A stretch of DNA of 63,584 nt, filler included, from Chiloscyllium plagiosum (taxonomy: Eukaryota): the NCBI RefSeq assembly GCF_004010195.1. It is 5 parts of one record of this genome, joined end to end, with 100 filler letters (N's around TTAATTAATTAA, not from the genome) between each part and the next. Parts side by side here need not be neighbours in the genome. Positions count along the whole stretch, not along the records: positions 57,802 to 63,584 come from NC_057714.1; 4 more parts are not named here. One strand, given 5' to 3'. This document shows positions 60,220 to 63,584 of this stretch, one piece after another. The translations under genes and the position numbers were made by a program. The notes beneath the pieces are model-generated. The model was not told the DNA's origin, made no database searches, and saw only the letters and a program-made list of their open reading frames with translations. Numbering within the stretch: the first letter of the stretch is position 1; every line of letters starts with the position of its first letter.

Positions 60220-63200
60220 CTGGGAGATGAGGAGGAATCTCTTCTGTCAGAGAGTAGTCAATCTGTGGAATCGTTTACTGCAGAGGGCTTTCGAGGCTGG
60301 GTCACGAAGTGCATTCAATACTGACATAGGTTTTTAATCAGCAGGGGAACCGAGGGATATGGGAAAAGGCAGGAAAGTGGAGTTAGGATTTTAAGATCAG
60401 GCATGATCTCATCGAATGGCAGAGGAGACCTGATGGGCTGAATAGGCTACTTCTGCACCTGTGTTTTATAGTCTTTCAGATGAAATTGCTGTCTGACGTA
60501 ATTATTAGTAAGTGTGTTTTAACCTTGCTATGGTGATGAAAGGTATATAATTTATCGATATAATTTCAGAGGGTTATAGAGTCATAGAGATGTACAGCAC
60601 AGAAAGAGATGCTTTGGTACAACTCATCCGTGCTGGCCAGATATCTTAAGTGAATCTAGTCCCATTTGCCAGCACTTGGCCATATCCCTCTAAATCCTTC
60701 TTATTCATATACCCATTCAGATGCATTTTAAATGTTGTAATTGTACCAGTCTTCACCACATCCTCTGGCACCTCAATTCATATACGTACCACCCTCTGTG
60801 TGAAAATGTTACCCTTTAGGACCCTTTTATATCTTTTCCCTCTCACCCTAAGCCTACGCCCTTTAGTTCTGGACTCCCCGACTCCAGGGAAAAGACCTTG
60901 TCTATTTATCCTATCCATGCCCCTCATGATTTTGTAAACCTCTATAAGATCACCCCTCAGACCTCCGACGCTCCAGGGAAAACAGCCCCAGCCAATCCAG
61001 TCTTTCCCTATAGCTCAAATTCTCTAACCCTGACAACATTCTTGAAGGGCTTTTGCCTGAAACGTCGATTTCGAAGCTCCTTGGATGCTGCTTGAATTGC
61101 TGTGCTCTTCCAGCACCACTGATCCAGAATCTGGTTTCCAGCATCTGCAGTCACTGTGTTTACCTGACATTCTTGAAAGTCTTTTCAGAACCCTTTCAAG
61201 TTTCACAACATCTTTCCGATAGGAAGGAGACCAGAATTGCACGCAATGTTCGAACAGTGGCCTAATCAATGTCCTGTACAGCCGCAACATGACCTCCCAA
61301 CTCCTGTACTCAATACTCTGACCAATAAAGGAAAGCATACCAAACGCCTTCTTCACTATCCTATCTACCTGCGACTCCACTTTCAAGGAGCTATGAACCT
61401 GCACTCCAAGGTCTCTTTGTTCAGGAACAGTCCCAGGACCAAACCATTATAATCCCTGCCTTGATTTGTTATCCCAAAATGCAGCATCTCACGTTTATTT
61501 ATGTTAAACGCTATCTGCCGCTCCTTGGCCCATTGACCCAAATGATCGAGGTCTCATTGAACTTGCCAACAAGAGGTGAGGCGACATTGGATTTGGTACT
61601 GGGTAATGAACCGGGCCAGGTGTTAGATTGGGAGGTAGGTAAGCACTTTGGTGATCGTGACCACAATTCGGTTAAGTGTACTTCAGCGATGGAAAGGAAT
61701 AGGTATATATCGCAGGGAAAGAGGTATAACTGGGGGAAGGGCAATTATGATGCAATTAGGCAAGATTTAGGATGCACAGGATGGGGAAGGAAACTGCAGG
61801 GGGTGGGCACAACTGAAATGTGGAGCTTATACAAGCCACAGCTACTGCGTGTCCTTGATAAGTATGTACCTGTCAGGCAGGGAGGAGCGAGGGAGCTGTG
61901 GTTTACTAAAGAAGTTGAATCTCTTGTGAGGACAAAGAAGGAGGCTTATGTAAAGATGAGATGTGAAGGCTCAGTTAGGGTGGTTGAGAGTTACAAGTTA
62001 GTGAGGAAGGGCTTAAAAAGAGAGCAAAGAGCATGGGGGTAGGGGTGGGGCACATGAGAAGCCTTTGGCAGGTAGGATCCAGAAAACTGTAAAGCTTTCC
62101 ATAGGGATGTCAGGGCCAATCAGGGACAGTAGTGGTAAGATGTGCATGGAGCCTGAGGAAATTGGAGAGGTGCTAAATGAATATTTTTCTTCAGCATGCG
62201 CACAGGAAACAGGCAATGTTGTTGAGAATACTGACGTGCACGCTATTAGACTCGATGGGACTGAGGCCCACAAGGAGGAGTGTTAGCAGTTCTGCAGTGT
62301 TAAAATAGGTAAGTCCCTGGGCCGGATGGGATTTATCCTGGGATCCTCTGGGAAGCCAGGAAGGAGATTGCCGAGCCTTTGGCATTGATCTTTAAATCGT
62401 CACTGTCTACAGGAATAGTGCCAGAAGACTGGAGGATAGCAAATGTGGGTCCCCTGTTCAAGAAGGGGAGTAGAGACAATCCAGGTAATTATAGACCAGT
62501 GAGCCTTACTTCTGTTGTTGGTAAAGTGTTGGAAAAGGTTATAAGAAATGGGATTTATAATCATCCAAAAAGGAACACATTGATTCGGGATAGTCAGCAC
62601 GGTTTTGTGAAGGGTAGGTCGTGCCTCACAAACCTTATTGAGTTCTTTGAGAAGGTGACAAAACAGGTAGATGAGAGTAAACTGGTTGATGTGGTGTATA
62701 TGGATTTCAGTAAAGCATTTGATTAGGTTCCCCACGGTAAGTTATTGCACAAAATACAGAGGTATGGGATTGAGGGTGATTAAGTGGAGTTGTGGATAGT
62801 GCTGAAGGACGTTGTCGGTTACAGAGAGACATAGATAAGCTGCAGAGCTGGGCTGAGAGGTGGCAAATAGAATTTAATGTGGAAAAGTGTGAGGTGATTC
62901 ACTTTGGAAGGAGTAACAGGAATACAGAGAAATTGGCGAGCTGAAAGAAGACAGAGAGTGATGGTTGATGGAAATGTTCATCATGGGGTTCACTTACTAG
63001 TGGGGTAACACAAGGACCTGCTTTGGGGCCACTGCTACTTGTCATTTTTATAAATGACCTGGATGAGGGTGTAGAAGGATGGATTAGTAAATTTGCAGGC
63101 CTCATTCCTGATGAAGGAATTTTGCCCGAAACATTGATTCTCCTGCTCCTCGGACGCTGCCTGACCTGCTGTGCTTTTCCAGCACCACTCTAATCTAGAC

Positions 63201-63584
63201 TCTAATCTCCAGCATCTGCTGTACCCACTTTCACCTGGTAAATTTGCTGATGACACTAAGATAAGTGGAGTTGTGGATAGTGCTGAAGGATGTTGTAGGT
63301 TACAGAGAGACATAGATAAGCTGTAGGACTGGGCTGAGAGGTGGCAAATGGAGTTTAATGTGGAAAGTGTGAAGTGATTCACTTTGAACATAGAACATAG
63401 AACAATACAGCACAGAACAGGCCCTTCGGCCCACGATGTTGTGCCGAACATTTGTCCTAGCTTAAGCATCCATCCATGTACCTATCCAATTGCTGCTTAA
63501 AGGTCGCCAATGATTCTGACTCTACCACTCCCACAGGCAGCGTATTCCATGCCCCCACCACTGTCTGGGTAAAGAACCCACCCC
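60220..63584. mobile_element. CR1 fragments (plus ~60220-60475, minus ~60577-61545, plus ~61560-63385, minus 63386-end) with Penelope terminal inserts (~61042-61162, ~63098-63236)
   Basis: GNYRPVSLTSVVGK..QHGFVKGRSCLTNL..YMDFSKAFD; tails gaacatagaacatag. Confidence 0.9.

Overview
Eukaryotic, repeat-dominated DNA, almost certainly from a cartilaginous fish (shark): it carries HE1-type V-SINEs, dense CR1 LINE fragments and shark-type Penelope-like elements. Most ORFs in the track are pseudogenic retroelement pieces. The main resolved structure is a four-family nest: a CR1 copy received a Gypsy LTR retrotransposon (minus strand, RNase H is the last domain before the 3' LTR, i.e. Gmr1-like). The Gypsy element in turn contains an L1 with both ends intact (5278-15264, about 14-bp TSD), which contains a hAT/Buster transposon (8664-11142) and another CR1. 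There are two solo LTRs with 4-bp TSDs, a Tigger-like MITE, two segmental duplications and three minisatellites. Many Penelope termini carry minimal hammerhead-ribozyme motifs from at least three families. The only host-gene signal is near the end: a CpG/motif-rich promoter (about 57530-57701) followed by an exon (57991-58183) encoding GDTLPWNL...EPAERAVIRIA, the plectin-1c/MACF1/dystonin N-terminal exon. A triplicated TATA-promoter-like module lies at 20-28 kb. There are seven assembly gaps, four with an artificial TTAATTAATTAA linker. All calls are by eye, with no database searches, and most repeat boundaries are approximate.
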